A stretch of 64,000 nucleotides of DNA from Minisyncoccota bacterium (GTDB lineage Bacteria > Patescibacteriota > Minisyncoccia > Phycocordibacterales > UBA918): the NCBI GenBank assembly GCA_036275695.1, contig DASUDI010000021.1, positions 5,311-69,310 of the forward strand, read 5' to 3'. This document shows, in pieces, positions 40,313 through 50,763 of the stretch (its first letter is position 1; the number at the start of each line of letters is the position of its first letter). A program made the position numbers and the translations under genes. Below the pieces are notes generated by a model. That model did not search any database and was not told the origin of the DNA. It was given only the letters and a program-made list of their open reading frames with translations.

Positions 40313-41641
40313 CTATTTAGGTAGTGTGACGACAATCTGAGTTCCAACTCCTTTGATGGACTCTACACCAATTGAACCATTCATTAGATCGATAAGTTGT
40401 TTGGTGATCCACATACCAAGTCCCGTACCCACAATTGCATCCACCTCTGTCCTACGAACTCTGAAAAAAGGTGCAAAGAGGTTCTTTTGATTTTCAGCAC
40501 TAATTCCCATTCCAGTATCCTTAACACGTAATTCAATTGATGGCCCGATATCAGAGACTTCAAGGGTAATAATACCCTTGGGTGTGTATTTAATGGCATT
40601 ACTTACAAGATTTGTAAGTGCTTGATGTAGTCGTTTACCATCAATATTAATCATGACATCACCAAAAAGTCCTTCCTTTTTAAGAGTGATGTTTTTTGCC
40701 TCAGCTTGAAATCTCATAATATCAAGTACAGCAGTAATAATAGGTTGAATATTAGTTCGCGTCGGTTGCATTTCAAGTTTGCCGGATTGTATGCGTGCAA
40801 CATCAAGCAAATCACCCACAAGGATCACCAATTGTTCTGACGAACTCTCGATGCGCTCAGCAAACTTTTTCACCTCATCAGTGGCGTCATCTTTTTGTCG
40901 AATCATACTCGCGTAACCACGCATTGAGGTAAGTGGTGCACGCAGCTCATGAGCTATCATATTAGTAAACATGTCTTTTGCGTCACTTGCTTTTTTTGTT
41001 TCCTTATAGAGATATGAGTAATCAATTAAACGAATGTGTCGCATAATTAGTACGAGGATCACAATGAGCATTGCGATAAGCCAATATACAGCCTCTATAA
41101 TTCTATTTGCAAAAAGGGTATCTATGTGACTGAGTGAGGTTTCCGTAAAAATATAGTACACATCACCCACATCAGTCCGTACGAGTCGATAACTCCTCCA
41201 ATAACGTACTCCATTTTCGGCATACGGTGTGATGATACTTTCATCTGGATGTGTGTTCGTAATTCTATAATTTGTGCTTAAAATATCACTTGTATCAGCA
41301 TCCGCATTGTGTACAATGACTTCAACATCAGGAATTCCTTCCTTTGCAACAATGAATCTTCGAATATCTGGATTTAATTTAGTAAGTGTGTCTATCTCTT
41401 GCTTAATAATTTCAGGATCAAAATTAACTGCCTCAACATATGAAGCGAATACATCATGCATGATGCCAATCCTATCCTTCTCTAAGCGCTCTTGATTTTG
41501 TCTGCCAGCGTCAAGGAATTTTTGTCCAGAAATTATGAATGCAACAGGTATCACAACGATGAGAACCATCGTCATTAACACCTGGGGGTGCTTATGGATA
41601 TACGCGTAACTACTTTTTAACGGGGTGATAAAATGCGACAT
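40313..41641 (-). CDS. Membrane sensor histidine kinase
   Basis: Two TMs; H-box AHELRAPLT, N-box NLVSNAIKY, G1 DTGMGI, G2 GTGLG. Confidence 0.93.
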   Translation of the reverse strand: MSHFITPLKSSYAYIHKHPQVLMTMVLIVVIPVAFIISGQKFLDAGRQNQERLEKDRIGIMHDVFASYVEAVNFDPEIIKQEIDTLTKLNPDIRRFIVAKEGIPDVEVIVHNADADTSDILSTNYRITNTHPDESIITPYAENGVRYWRSYRLVRTDVGDVYYIFTETSLSHIDTLFANRIIEAVYWLIAMLIVILVLIMRHIRLIDYSYLYKETKKASDAKDMFTNMIAHELRAPLTSMRGYASMIRQKDDATDEVKKFAERIESSSEQLVILVGDLLDVARIQSGKLEMQPTRTNIQPIITAVLDIMRFQAEAKNITLKKEGLFGDVMINIDGKRLHQALTNLVSNAIKYTPKGIITLEVSDIGPSIELRVKDTGMGISAENQKNLFAPFFRVRRTEVDAIVGTGLGMWITKQLIDLMNGSIGVESIKGVGTQIVVTLPK

Positions 41642-44424
41642 TATAGGGTAACGTTGTCAATTGGCTTGGGGAGTTTACGATTTGTCGCATACATGCCGAG
41701 AAGCATGAGAACAAGCCCCAGTGAAACTATTGAAATCGAAGCAATGAGTAAGAGCATATTTCCGGTGAGGAATGATGGCGTGAGTTCGCTAAACGAATCA
41801 TTTACAAATGGATTTGTCTGCGCAAACGCTTCAGCGGTCTTTACAAAAGGAAATGCAGCGCTTTTTGCAACAATGGCGCCAGTATTATCGGTAATACCAA
41901 CATAGATCTCATGATCACCATCTTCTATTTCTTTATCAAAAATATAACTCCAACTTCCTTCCGCGTCAGTTTTAACTGAAACTACTATTGGTGTGCTATA
42001 AATATAGAGATTGATAAAACTATGCGGTAATGCCTTGCCGGTGATAAGCGCTTTTGGAGTACCTGTCGCTGAATCTGGATGTATTGTAGAAATTGACGCA
42101 ATTGAAAGAACATCATCACGAACAATTCCTGATTCTTTTGCGGACTCATACGCAAGTAATGACTCCTGTTCTGGATTGTTTGGGTCATATCCACGCGCAA
42201 TTTCTGCACCATCAGAAAAACCATCAGTATCTGTATCGGCAACAAATGGATTTGTTTTATATAAATTAATTTCATCAAAATCTAGAATACCATCGTTGTC
42301 AGAATCAATATGTGCTCTGTTGGCGAGTCGGTCTGCGATGATGCGCTCATTGTTTTCTGCCGTGTCAAGTACGTTAAAAGTCAATTGAGATACATATGTA
42401 TTGATGGAGTCAATGAGATTCTTATCTAATAAAATCTCTGATAATTTTGAAATTGTGTCAGATTGAAAGGATTCAATTGTACTTTTAAGAGCGCGGGTCG
42501 CGTCAGTGTCATTTGTTCGTATTGCATGAGCGTATTGTGTCACATACTCATTAAGCTTATTTCTATACTCAAGAATTAGATTTTTGACCTCCGTGCTCGT
42601 ATGTGTACCTTCATCTAAGGAACTATTTAATGATTGGGTAAAATCCTCCACAGACTGTATATATGTGACTTTCTTGTCAGACACTGCAACACTCTCAGCA
42701 CCTTCGGCGTCATCTGCATCGTTCGCGGGTGAAACTGATGGTGTACTCTGAGTTGTTTTTGTAAGTTCCGCATCAACTGCTCGGTATTCTTCTATAAGTT
42801 CCTCTTGTTCAGGTGTGTACTCAATTTCAGAAACATTAAATATGCGTATACCGGTTTTATCAGAAGTATATTCTCCATACTCATTCTTAACACGTGCAAA
42901 TAGTATATATTCACCATTTGGTGAATTATTCGTATTCCACGCATATTTCCACGTTGTATCGCTAATTTTAAATGCAGTACCAATAAATATTTCACGTAAT
43001 GAGTTATTGGGTGTGTGATATAACTCAATTTTGCGCGCGAGAGGCGCGAATAACGAAATTTCTACAAAGTTTGAGAGTGGACTTTGCTTTGAAAGTGACA
43101 CACTAACTTGAGGAGTTTTTCCCTCCGTAGCAATAGTGGTTGTGGAAGAAGCAACCACAGCATCTGTAACATTATCTAAAATCTCATCAACGTTGTCTAC
43201 GGTACGAGTCACCTTGTTGCTCTCAATGATATTGTCTTGGTAATACCCTTTTGCGAAAAAGTAATACGTACCGTCATTTAGTGTTTCTGAATTTAATACA
43301 TATCGCCACTCGTCAATACTTTTCTTAATTGCATTACCTATGAGAAATTGCGTACCACTTAATTTATTAAGTGCGTAAATTGTAACCTTAGATGCATCTG
43401 TACTAGATAATAATTTCATAGACACGTCACCGCGTAGTGGAGATGGTTCATCAATGGTGAGACTAACTCGCGTCGATGTAGAAGTGTCGTTATTAGAATC
43501 TGAATCAGAAGGCGCTTGATCAAGAACACTAGCGAGCTCATTGTGAACTGTATACGTCTCGGAAAAACCTTGGTTATATGAACCAAAACTATTAGAAATA
43601 TTTACAGAAATACGATATTCCCCATTAAGGTAGTAATGTGTGTCCCAACTGATTTGCCATTCTAGATCATTTACTTTATGTGCTGTGCCGAGCGGATGAG
43701 TTGTGCTTGTGTCAATGTGCTTAGCATACACGGTAACATTTGTTGCAGAAGGTACCGTAATAATAATGGGTACGATATCATGAAGTGGCACCTGCCCATC
43801 AATTCTAATATTCGCAGAAGGTGTTTCATCAACATCAGTGAGTTCACCCGAATCTTCAGGTGATGACGTTGCTATCAGACTTGCGGTGTTCCTGTATCCA
43901 CGAGCATAATCCTCAATTTCTGAATTGTTATTGATAAAACCAAAGTGGATTGAGGTTAAAAATGCCCCTATGAGTAGGACCACCATCCCCGCGGTGCGGG
44001 AAAACTGTGAAATAGTAATATTCTGAATAACAGGAAATCGAGTGATTGAGGGGATAGAAACCCTAAATTCAGGTCGCTTCATGAGCACCCCTCCTTTCCG
44101 CGACTGACGCTTCTTTTTTGATAATAAGGTGCTGTTATGAAGTTTAGTCTCAACCACTTTCTTCGTGTTATTTGAAATTTTAACAACATGCCTCTTACCT
44201 TCAAGACGTGCGAGTGTTAATTTTTTAGGTAACTCGTTTTGATTAATCTTTGAACGTGAAGTGTGCGTGGGAGTGCGTCTCATTGTTTTTTTGAGACTTT
44301 GTGTCGGTATGACTTTGGAAGTTCGTTTAACTTCTTCACGCGACTTAATGCCGATACGCTTACGTGTCACATGCTTAGCGCTCGCGCTCGAACGAGGGAC
44401 TGCTTTGGGTGCAGGTTTTACCAT
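41641..44424 (-). CDS. Large two-TM surface protein with Ig-like repeats and Ca-binding TSP3-like motifs
   Basis: K/R-rich N-terminus, TM, three ~90-aa Ig-like repeats (PL..V..G.A.K..W..(W)D/N..N/DG.Y), DSDNDGILD/DTDTDGFSD, Ig-like domain, C-terminal TM. Confidence 0.8.
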   Translation of the reverse strand: MVKPAPKAVPRSSASAKHVTRKRIGIKSREEVKRTSKVIPTQSLKKTMRRTPTHTSRSKINQNELPKKLTLARLEGKRHVVKISNNTKKVVETKLHNSTLLSKKKRQSRKGGVLMKRPEFRVSIPSITRFPVIQNITISQFSRTAGMVVLLIGAFLTSIHFGFINNNSEIEDYARGYRNTASLIATSSPEDSGELTDVDETPSANIRIDGQVPLHDIVPIIITVPSATNVTVYAKHIDTSTTHPLGTAHKVNDLEWQISWDTHYYLNGEYRISVNISNSFGSYNQGFSETYTVHNELASVLDQAPSDSDSNNDTSTSTRVSLTIDEPSPLRGDVSMKLLSSTDASKVTIYALNKLSGTQFLIGNAIKKSIDEWRYVLNSETLNDGTYYFFAKGYYQDNIIESNKVTRTVDNVDEILDNVTDAVVASSTTTIATEGKTPQVSVSLSKQSPLSNFVEISLFAPLARKIELYHTPNNSLREIFIGTAFKISDTTWKYAWNTNNSPNGEYILFARVKNEYGEYTSDKTGIRIFNVSEIEYTPEQEELIEEYRAVDAELTKTTQSTPSVSPANDADDAEGAESVAVSDKKVTYIQSVEDFTQSLNSSLDEGTHTSTEVKNLILEYRNKLNEYVTQYAHAIRTNDTDATRALKSTIESFQSDTISKLSEILLDKNLIDSINTYVSQLTFNVLDTAENNERIIADRLANRAHIDSDNDGILDFDEINLYKTNPFVADTDTDGFSDGAEIARGYDPNNPEQESLLAYESAKESGIVRDDVLSIASISTIHPDSATGTPKALITGKALPHSFINLYIYSTPIVVSVKTDAEGSWSYIFDKEIEDGDHEIYVGITDNTGAIVAKSAAFPFVKTAEAFAQTNPFVNDSFSELTPSFLTGNMLLLIASISIVSLGLVLMLLGMYATNRKLPKPIDNVTL

Positions 44425-44477
44425 ATGTGTACAGTATAAATCATAATTTTATACGTACGCGCCACACATGTCGATAA

Positions 44478-46523
44478 CTATTTTCTTGCTTTAGTTTTTT
44501 TAGTGATGCCACTCTTTTCCAATCGTTGTATCTCGTCACGTATGAGCGCTGCTGTTTCAAAATCAAGAATTTTAACTGCTTCAGCCATTTGTTGTCGTTT
44601 CTCTCGAATAGTACCTTTTGGGTCATTACGATATTGTTCTAAATCAATGGTAATCAGTGTGTCGAGAGTCTTTTCATGTTCGGACTTGATGTGTTCGGTA
44701 ATATCCTTAATTTCTTTTGAAATTGATTTTGGGGTAATGTTATGTGTCTTATTATGTGCGAGTTGGAGTGTACGCCTACGATCAGTTTCCTCAACTGCGT
44801 ATTTCAGTGAAGGTGTCATCTCATCAGCATAAAGCAACACTCTTCCATGAATATTCCGCGCCGCTCGTCCAATAGTTTGTATAAGCGCGGTCTGTGATCG
44901 CAAAAAACCCTCTTTATCAGCGTCGAGAATAGCGACAAGTGCCACTTCAGGTAAGTCAAGTCCTTCTCGCAGTAAGTTTACCCCCACAAGGCAGTCAAAA
45001 ATGCCTTTTCTAAAATCAGTCAAAATTTGTATTCGTTCGATTGTCTTTACATCACTGTGGACATACTTTGCCGAAACACCACGTTCAGTAAGAAAATCTG
45101 CAAGGTCTTCTGCCATTTGTTTTGTGAGCGTAGTCACCAAAACTCGAGCCCCAGTCTCGATGGTGGAGACTGCTTCGTCAATAAAATCCTTGATCTGTCC
45201 TTGATGTGCACCTCGCTCAGTCACGGGACGAGTTGCAATAATCGGATCAACGAGTCCGGTCGGTCGAATTATCTGTTCCACGAGATTTCCGTGCGGTGGC
45301 GCTGAGTGTTCGTATTCGTATGTGCCTGGCGTTGCGGACGTGTAAATGCATTGTCCGACACTGCGCTCAAATTCTGCGAAATTAAGTGGTCGATTATCAA
45401 GCGCGCTAGGAAGTCGGAACCCGTGTTCTATGAGGGTGAGTTTTCGAGAGCGATCACCCGCATACATACCTCCAATTTGTGGAATGGTAACATGTGACTC
45501 ATCAATAATAGTAAGAAAATCAGGTGTCCCATCAGGAAGGTGCGGAAAATATGAAAGTAATGTGAATGGCGCGTTTCCCTCTTTTCGTCCATCAAAATGT
45601 CGTGAGTAATTTTCAATGCCATTGCAATACCCAACTTCCCTAATGAGTGCTAGATCATGTTCTGTACGACGTTTCAGTCGTTGCATTTCAAGATGTTTTT
45701 CTTCTCTTTTAAATACATCAAGTTGCGTGTGAAGTTCTGCGGTAATATCAGTAATTGCGCGAGCACGTTCGTGTTCAGGTGTTACAAAGTGCTTTGCGGG
45801 AAAAAGGTAAAATACCGAAATACTACCTATAAGGACTCGAGTTAGTGCATCAATTTGTGTAATTTCAGATACCGACATTCCGTCGAAGTGCAGGCGGTAG
45901 ATTACGCGCTCATTAATGGGCATAATCTCAACAAAGTTACCCACCGCGCGGAATTGACCTGGTTTTAAATCTGCGTTCGTGCGTTCAAAATACATCTCAA
46001 CAAGCAAGCGCATAATCCCCGCCCTGTCGGTATTGAAACCTTTCTCAATCTTTTTGTGAACTTTTTCGTATTCAGTGGGTGAGCCGAGTCCGTAGATACA
46101 TGATACGGATGCGACGATGATAACGTCACGCCGTGTTAAAAGTGCTTGTGTTGAGGCATGTCGCAAACGATCAATCTCTTCATTGATCATTGCTTCCTTC
46201 TCTATATACGTGTCACTTCCCGGCATATATGCTTCCGGTTGATAGTAATCATAATAGGAGACAAAATAATGCACCGCGTTATGTGGAAAAAAGTCCTTAT
46301 ATTCTTGCGCAAGCTGAGCTGCGAGTGTCTTATTGTGCGCAATTACGAGTGTTGGTTTCTGTATGCGCGCAATAACATTTGCAGCCGTAAAAGTCTTTCC
46401 CGATCCCGTAACCCCGAGAAGTGTTTGGTGACGGACTCCTCGTTGGATTCCCGCCACCAGTGATTCAATGGCCTTGGGTTGGTCGCCCGCCGGTTGCTTT
46501 TCAGAAGAAAGTTCAAATCGCAT
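44478..46523 (-). CDS. uvrB: Excinuclease ABC subunit B
   Basis: GDQP, LGVTGSGKT, YYDYYQPEAY, DESH and QTIGRAARN. Confidence 0.97.
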   Translation of the reverse strand: MRFELSSEKQPAGDQPKAIESLVAGIQRGVRHQTLLGVTGSGKTFTAANVIARIQKPTLVIAHNKTLAAQLAQEYKDFFPHNAVHYFVSYYDYYQPEAYMPGSDTYIEKEAMINEEIDRLRHASTQALLTRRDVIIVASVSCIYGLGSPTEYEKVHKKIEKGFNTDRAGIMRLLVEMYFERTNADLKPGQFRAVGNFVEIMPINERVIYRLHFDGMSVSEITQIDALTRVLIGSISVFYLFPAKHFVTPEHERARAITDITAELHTQLDVFKREEKHLEMQRLKRRTEHDLALIREVGYCNGIENYSRHFDGRKEGNAPFTLLSYFPHLPDGTPDFLTIIDESHVTIPQIGGMYAGDRSRKLTLIEHGFRLPSALDNRPLNFAEFERSVGQCIYTSATPGTYEYEHSAPPHGNLVEQIIRPTGLVDPIIATRPVTERGAHQGQIKDFIDEAVSTIETGARVLVTTLTKQMAEDLADFLTERGVSAKYVHSDVKTIERIQILTDFRKGIFDCLVGVNLLREGLDLPEVALVAILDADKEGFLRSQTALIQTIGRAARNIHGRVLLYADEMTPSLKYAVEETDRRRTLQLAHNKTHNITPKSISKEIKDITEHIKSEHEKTLDTLITIDLEQYRNDPKGTIREKRQQMAEAVKILDFETAALIRDEIQRLEKSGITKKTKARK

Positions 46524-46571
46524 GTACTGAGTATACGCTAGTGTGAGCGTAAAGAAAAACTCTACGTTTGG

Positions 46572-47777
46572 TTACAATCCAAGCAAAATATTCTCACGCA
46601 ACTGCTTCGTGTGCCGTACGATTACGTATAAATTATGCAGAGATGCGAGATGTGCGCCCAACATTTCATTTGCTCTAAAAAGGTGCGCTAGGTATGCTCT
46701 CGTATAGTGGGTACACACATAGCAATCACACCCCTCATCTGGCTTACCTAAGTCATTTTGATACTGACTATTTCGCAGACTGATGCGAACAATACCTTCG
46801 TGTGTATGTGCGTAAATACTTCCATTGCGGGCGATGCGTGTTGGTGCGACACAGTCAAATGTGTCACAACCCATTTCTACTCCATCACAAATATCGAGCG
46901 GCTCACCGATACCGAGCAAGTGTCGTGGCTTTTCTTCTGGCAACACTTCGTTCACGACACGTAGCGCATCACCAAGATCGTCTTTGGTGAATGAACCACC
47001 AATCCCATATCCATCAAAATCCATGTCACGCAAAGTTCGTGCGCTTTTTTCACGCAGGTCGAGATACCGCCCACCTTGAATGACACCATACAAACCTTGC
47101 GTTTTTCGTGCATCATAATTACGCATGTGAGCTAGAATAGAGCGCTTAGCCCAGCGATGAGTCCGTTCCATTGCTTCTTCCTGATATTGCTTATCAGCGG
47201 TCGGTGACGTGCACTCATCAAAAGCCACTATAATATCCGCTCCAATTGCGTGTTGAATTTCGATTGAACGCTCTGCGGTGAAGCGATGCATTGATCCATC
47301 GATGTGTGAAGTGAACGTAACCCCATCCTCATCTATGACGCATAATTTTCCATGACTCTGCGCTAATTCTTTCGAGTATGGGTGGAGCGCTCCTTCCTCA
47401 GCATCCTCACGCTCATGTTCTGATGTGGCGAACTTTGTGACCCCCTTGCCAAATGCTGCACCCAACGAAAATACCTGAAATCCTCCGGAGTCAGTCATGG
47501 TAGGAGTTTTTATGTTTGAAAATGTATTGAGCCCCCCCGCTTTTTGAATGAGCTCGTGTCCTGGTTGAAGGTAGAGGTGGTAGGTGTTTGCAAGCGTCAC
47601 CTGATTTCCAACATACATTTCCAAATCTTCAGGTTTAAGTGACTTCACTGTACCCTTTGTTCCCACAACCACAAATGCAGGAGTTTCAATTGCTCCATGC
47701 GGTGTATGAATAACACCCGCTCGAGCAAGTGACCCAGGCTTTCGTTTCTGTATTTCAAATGAAATTGGAGACGTCAT
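46572..47777 (-). CDS. tgt: tRNA-guanine transglycosylase
   Basis: ANTYHL, TDSGGFQVFSL, FDEC, FDCVAPTR, zinc site CDCYVC..HN. Confidence 0.94.
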   Translation of the reverse strand: MTSPISFEIQKRKPGSLARAGVIHTPHGAIETPAFVVVGTKGTVKSLKPEDLEMYVGNQVTLANTYHLYLQPGHELIQKAGGLNTFSNIKTPTMTDSGGFQVFSLGAAFGKGVTKFATSEHEREDAEEGALHPYSKELAQSHGKLCVIDEDGVTFTSHIDGSMHRFTAERSIEIQHAIGADIIVAFDECTSPTADKQYQEEAMERTHRWAKRSILAHMRNYDARKTQGLYGVIQGGRYLDLREKSARTLRDMDFDGYGIGGSFTKDDLGDALRVVNEVLPEEKPRHLLGIGEPLDICDGVEMGCDTFDCVAPTRIARNGSIYAHTHEGIVRISLRNSQYQNDLGKPDEGCDCYVCTHYTRAYLAHLFRANEMLGAHLASLHNLYVIVRHTKQLRENILLGL

Positions 47778-48343
47778 CACTTCTTAATTTCAAGGAGTTC
47801 AACTGCAAAGATAAGTGGTGTATTGGGCGGTATGTTCCCAACCTGACGGTTGCCATACGCCATGTCGCTCGGTATGACGAGAATACGTCGTCCACCCACT
47901 TTCATGCCTATGAGTCCTTCCTCCCAACCTTTAATAACAATTCCCTTCCCTATTGTGAATGTAAATGTTTGACCTCTATCGTATGAGCTATCAAATTTAG
48001 TGCCATCTTGAAGTGTTCCAACATAGTGTACCGTTACCGTATCACCATTTTTCACTGATTCCCCAACCGTCCCTAAATGTGCGTCATTAATAACCAACTT
48101 CACGAGCTCACCGTTTACTGAGTGCGCGTCTTTCAGAATCTGCTCTAGTTCAGTAATCTTTGTGTCGCTGCTTGTGCTTGTATTCTGTGTACCGAGCGCT
48201 ACACTCCCCTCTTGTGTTTCGTTTGGTAGTGCATATCGAGCACCAAGAATATCAGTCTTTGTTTTGAGAATGCTGAGGACACATACCATAATGAGTACGC
48301 TCCCCACAATACCTACTATTTCGAATTTTTTACTTGCTTTCAT
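47777..48343 (-). CDS. Membrane-anchored FKBP-type peptidyl-prolyl isomerase
   Basis: VHYVGTL.DGTKFDSS, VIKGWEEGL and IPPNTPL.F.VELL. Confidence 0.93.
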   Translation of the reverse strand: MKASKKFEIVGIVGSVLIMVCVLSILKTKTDILGARYALPNETQEGSVALGTQNTSTSSDTKITELEQILKDAHSVNGELVKLVINDAHLGTVGESVKNGDTVTVHYVGTLQDGTKFDSSYDRGQTFTFTIGKGIVIKGWEEGLIGMKVGGRRILVIPSDMAYGNRQVGNIPPNTPLIFAVELLEIKK

Positions 48344-48401
48344 ACTGTTTCAGATTATGGCAACATGATAACCTCCGTACAAAATACCGCAAGTAGACAC
48401 G

Positions 48402-49502
48402 TCACGGTACATGCGATGTGACGATAGTACCTAAATGCGAATTGACACCAGCATCATTACTTATGGACAAAAATATTCTTTCGAGGAGTCGTGTCTGCCC
48501 ATCAGGAGGCATGAGCCGTGGTTGCGAACGTGTGCTCCTTGATTCAACTCCTACCACTGAAAATGTTGTGGTCGATGCTGATAGGTGCACCGTTAGCATT
48601 GCGCCCTCTTGTACTTCATCACTAAAATACTGATCAAAAACAAAATTGCCAAGTGAGTAAAAAATGGGCACTCCCTTGTACATTCCAACATCCTGTACTA
48701 CATGTGGATGATGACCCACAATAACATCGGCACCTGCATCAATGAGCGCGTGGGCAAATGCCTCTTGTTTAGAACTGTGAGTTAATTCATACTCATTTCC
48801 CCAGTGAACGTACACAAACTGCATGTCAGTCTTCTCCGAAAGTTTCAATAATGCCACTTGCGCACTTTCCTTGGGATATGACCATACTGCATGTATAGGC
48901 AAAATCCCCACGCGGACACCAGTACCAGTTTCAATTATCTGCGCGTCACTGTACAACACACTGGTTGGGTCTCCCACACATACTATATCTGCATCAATAC
49001 ATGAGAGACGCGTAGCGCGCAAACCGTCATCACCGTAATCAAATGAGTGATTGTTAGCGATTGACAGTATATCAAAACCGACGTTTTTCATACCCATGAG
49101 GGTTGTTGCGGGAACTGAAAAACGCATTGTACCAGACGGTGTGGGCACGTGTGTATGAGGTACCGCACTTTCAAAATTTGCAATCGCGTAATCGAATGAA
49201 GTGATGTATTGACGTAGAACACTGAAAGGATACGAAAGTCCATACACTTCGGTCAATTTTTCAACATGTCTACCGAGCATGATGTCGCCAACGAATAAGA
49301 GACGAATATTTGTTTTTTGTTCGGGGGCACTACTTACATCCACATACTGAGCAGACGTTGAAATTGATGCTTCTTGGGTGTGTGTTTTGTACTCAAAACT
49401 ATTCTCATTCAGACGTATGTGTATCACCACAATAAGAATGAATGACACATAAAAAAATATGAATCCGCGAACTGGTTTAAGATGCGTGCTAACCCACTTC
49501 AT
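48402..49502 (-). CDS. CapA-family metallophosphoesterase-fold protein
   Basis: VGDIMLGR, ANFE, ANNHSFDYG, HWGNE, GHHPHV and YSLGNFVFDQ. Confidence 0.88.
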   Translation of the reverse strand: MKWVSTHLKPVRGFIFFYVSFILIVVIHIRLNENSFEYKTHTQEASISTSAQYVDVSSAPEQKTNIRLLFVGDIMLGRHVEKLTEVYGLSYPFSVLRQYITSFDYAIANFESAVPHTHVPTPSGTMRFSVPATTLMGMKNVGFDILSIANNHSFDYGDDGLRATRLSCIDADIVCVGDPTSVLYSDAQIIETGTGVRVGILPIHAVWSYPKESAQVALLKLSEKTDMQFVYVHWGNEYELTHSSKQEAFAHALIDAGADVIVGHHPHVVQDVGMYKGVPIFYSLGNFVFDQYFSDEVQEGAMLTVHLSASTTTFSVVGVESRSTRSQPRLMPPDGQTRLLERIFLSISNDAGVNSHLGTIVTSHVP

Positions 49503-50535
49503 TGAGATAGTTTGAACGAGCGTGGTAGAGTTCCACAATTACAAGGAAAAAACTAAGTATGACAGGACCTAACACGAACCCGAGTGGACCAAACTTTGCG
49601 ATACCACCGAGGACTGCAATGAGAACAAGGAATGGGTGAAGGTTGTTGCCTCGACTCATAAGGTGGGGACCAATCATGTTGTCAATGAGTCCAACAGCGA
49701 GAACACCCCAGAGCGCAAGAAGAAGCGCAGAAAGGTGTGCTCCCGTGACAATGAGGTATACGACTGATGGAACAATGACAATTGCAGTACCGACACCAGG
49801 CACAAGTGCGCCAATAGAAGCTATGGCACCCCAAAGGATTGCTCTCTCAAAACCAAAAATAGTGAGCCCAACGGAAGTCAAAAGACCTTGAATGAGCGAA
49901 ACCGCAACAGAACCAAGTGCTACCGATCGGACTGCGCGTGCCATTCGATTGAGGATGTGCATGTCCTCAGTATCATTGAGCGGACTAAGTCGAATGAGAT
50001 ATTTTGCAAAATAATCGCCATCTTTAAAGAAGTAATACATTCCTATTAGAGCAAGAAAAAACAAAAAAAGTGTTGACGCGGTTCCCGCAAAGAGCACCAC
50101 AAGATGCTCAACAAAAAACTGGGCTGTCTGACGAGCGACATGTGCCATGTCAATTGAAAATCCAGGAATAAATTGACGCGCAAGCAGTTCGACTTGATTG
50201 ACTGTGTGAGTAAATGACGCGCCACCCGAACTGCTGTTAAACAGAGAGTAAATGGCAACCGCTTCTCCCAAAACTAGGTACGAAAGAAGAATAAGGGGTA
50301 TGATAACTACCACAAAAACAACCGCGACTGACATGAGTGAGAGGAGGCTTGGTCGAAGACGCGGAAAACGGTTTTTAAAATAAGTATGAAGTGGGTAGCA
50401 AATAGTCACCACGATTGCCGACAGTGCCAAAGCGCCTAAAAACGGTAGTAAAAGTTGCCATACGAGGTACCCACCCACAAAAAGCAAGACAAAAAAGAAT
50501 AATTCAGTAATGAGACGCTCACGACTTACCATCAT
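49489..50535 (-). CDS. AI-2E family transporter
   Basis: Multi-TM; YYFFKDG, LIQG, IDNMIGP and GGIAKFGPLGFVLGP. Confidence 0.88.
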   Translation of the reverse strand: MMVSRERLITELFFFVLLFVGGYLVWQLLLPFLGALALSAIVVTICYPLHTYFKNRFPRLRPSLLSLMSVAVVFVVVIIPLILLSYLVLGEAVAIYSLFNSSSGGASFTHTVNQVELLARQFIPGFSIDMAHVARQTAQFFVEHLVVLFAGTASTLFLFFLALIGMYYFFKDGDYFAKYLIRLSPLNDTEDMHILNRMARAVRSVALGSVAVSLIQGLLTSVGLTIFGFERAILWGAIASIGALVPGVGTAIVIVPSVVYLIVTGAHLSALLLALWGVLAVGLIDNMIGPHLMSRGNNLHPFLVLIAVLGGIAKFGPLGFVLGPVILSFFLVIVELYHARSNYLNEVG

Positions 50536-50569
50536 ATTTTAATAGTATACTATATATCTATAATCAACA

Positions 50570-50593
50570 AAGGTCAGATATATATCTGACCTT
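50570..50593. repeat. Perfect 24-bp palindrome
   Basis: AAGGTCAGATAT|ATATCTGACCTT between the small ORF stop and the AI-2E promoter. Confidence 0.8.
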
Positions 50594-50598
50594 GTATG

Positions 50599-50763
50599 TC
50601 ATGGAATGGGGGTAGGTGCTGGTATCGTAATCTTTGCTGAACGCGCAGTTGCTTCAAGCGCGTTAAATGTGGCTGATATTGCCCTATCTGCTGCATCGAA
50701 ACTCGCACTGAACAGTGACGAAAGATACCAAATGACCAAGATCATTCCTATTGACTTAAACAT
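50599..50763 (-). CDS. Small membrane protein (54 aa)
   Basis: MFKSIGMILVIWYLSSLF hydrophobic start, then an amphipathic helix; upstream TGcTATACT; downstream palindrome. Confidence 0.55.
   Translation of the reverse strand: MFKSIGMILVIWYLSSLFSASFDAADRAISATFNALEATARSAKITIPAPTPIP

Noticed and set aside
46534-46551. SOS operator upstream of uvrB (TACGCT-N6-AGCGTA)
   Set aside because: Short inverted repeat not found upstream of uvrA or uvrC and not matching LexA boxes I know
48402-49502. Poly-gamma-glutamate capsule operon
   Set aside because: Only a CapA-family gene is present; capB and capC are absent
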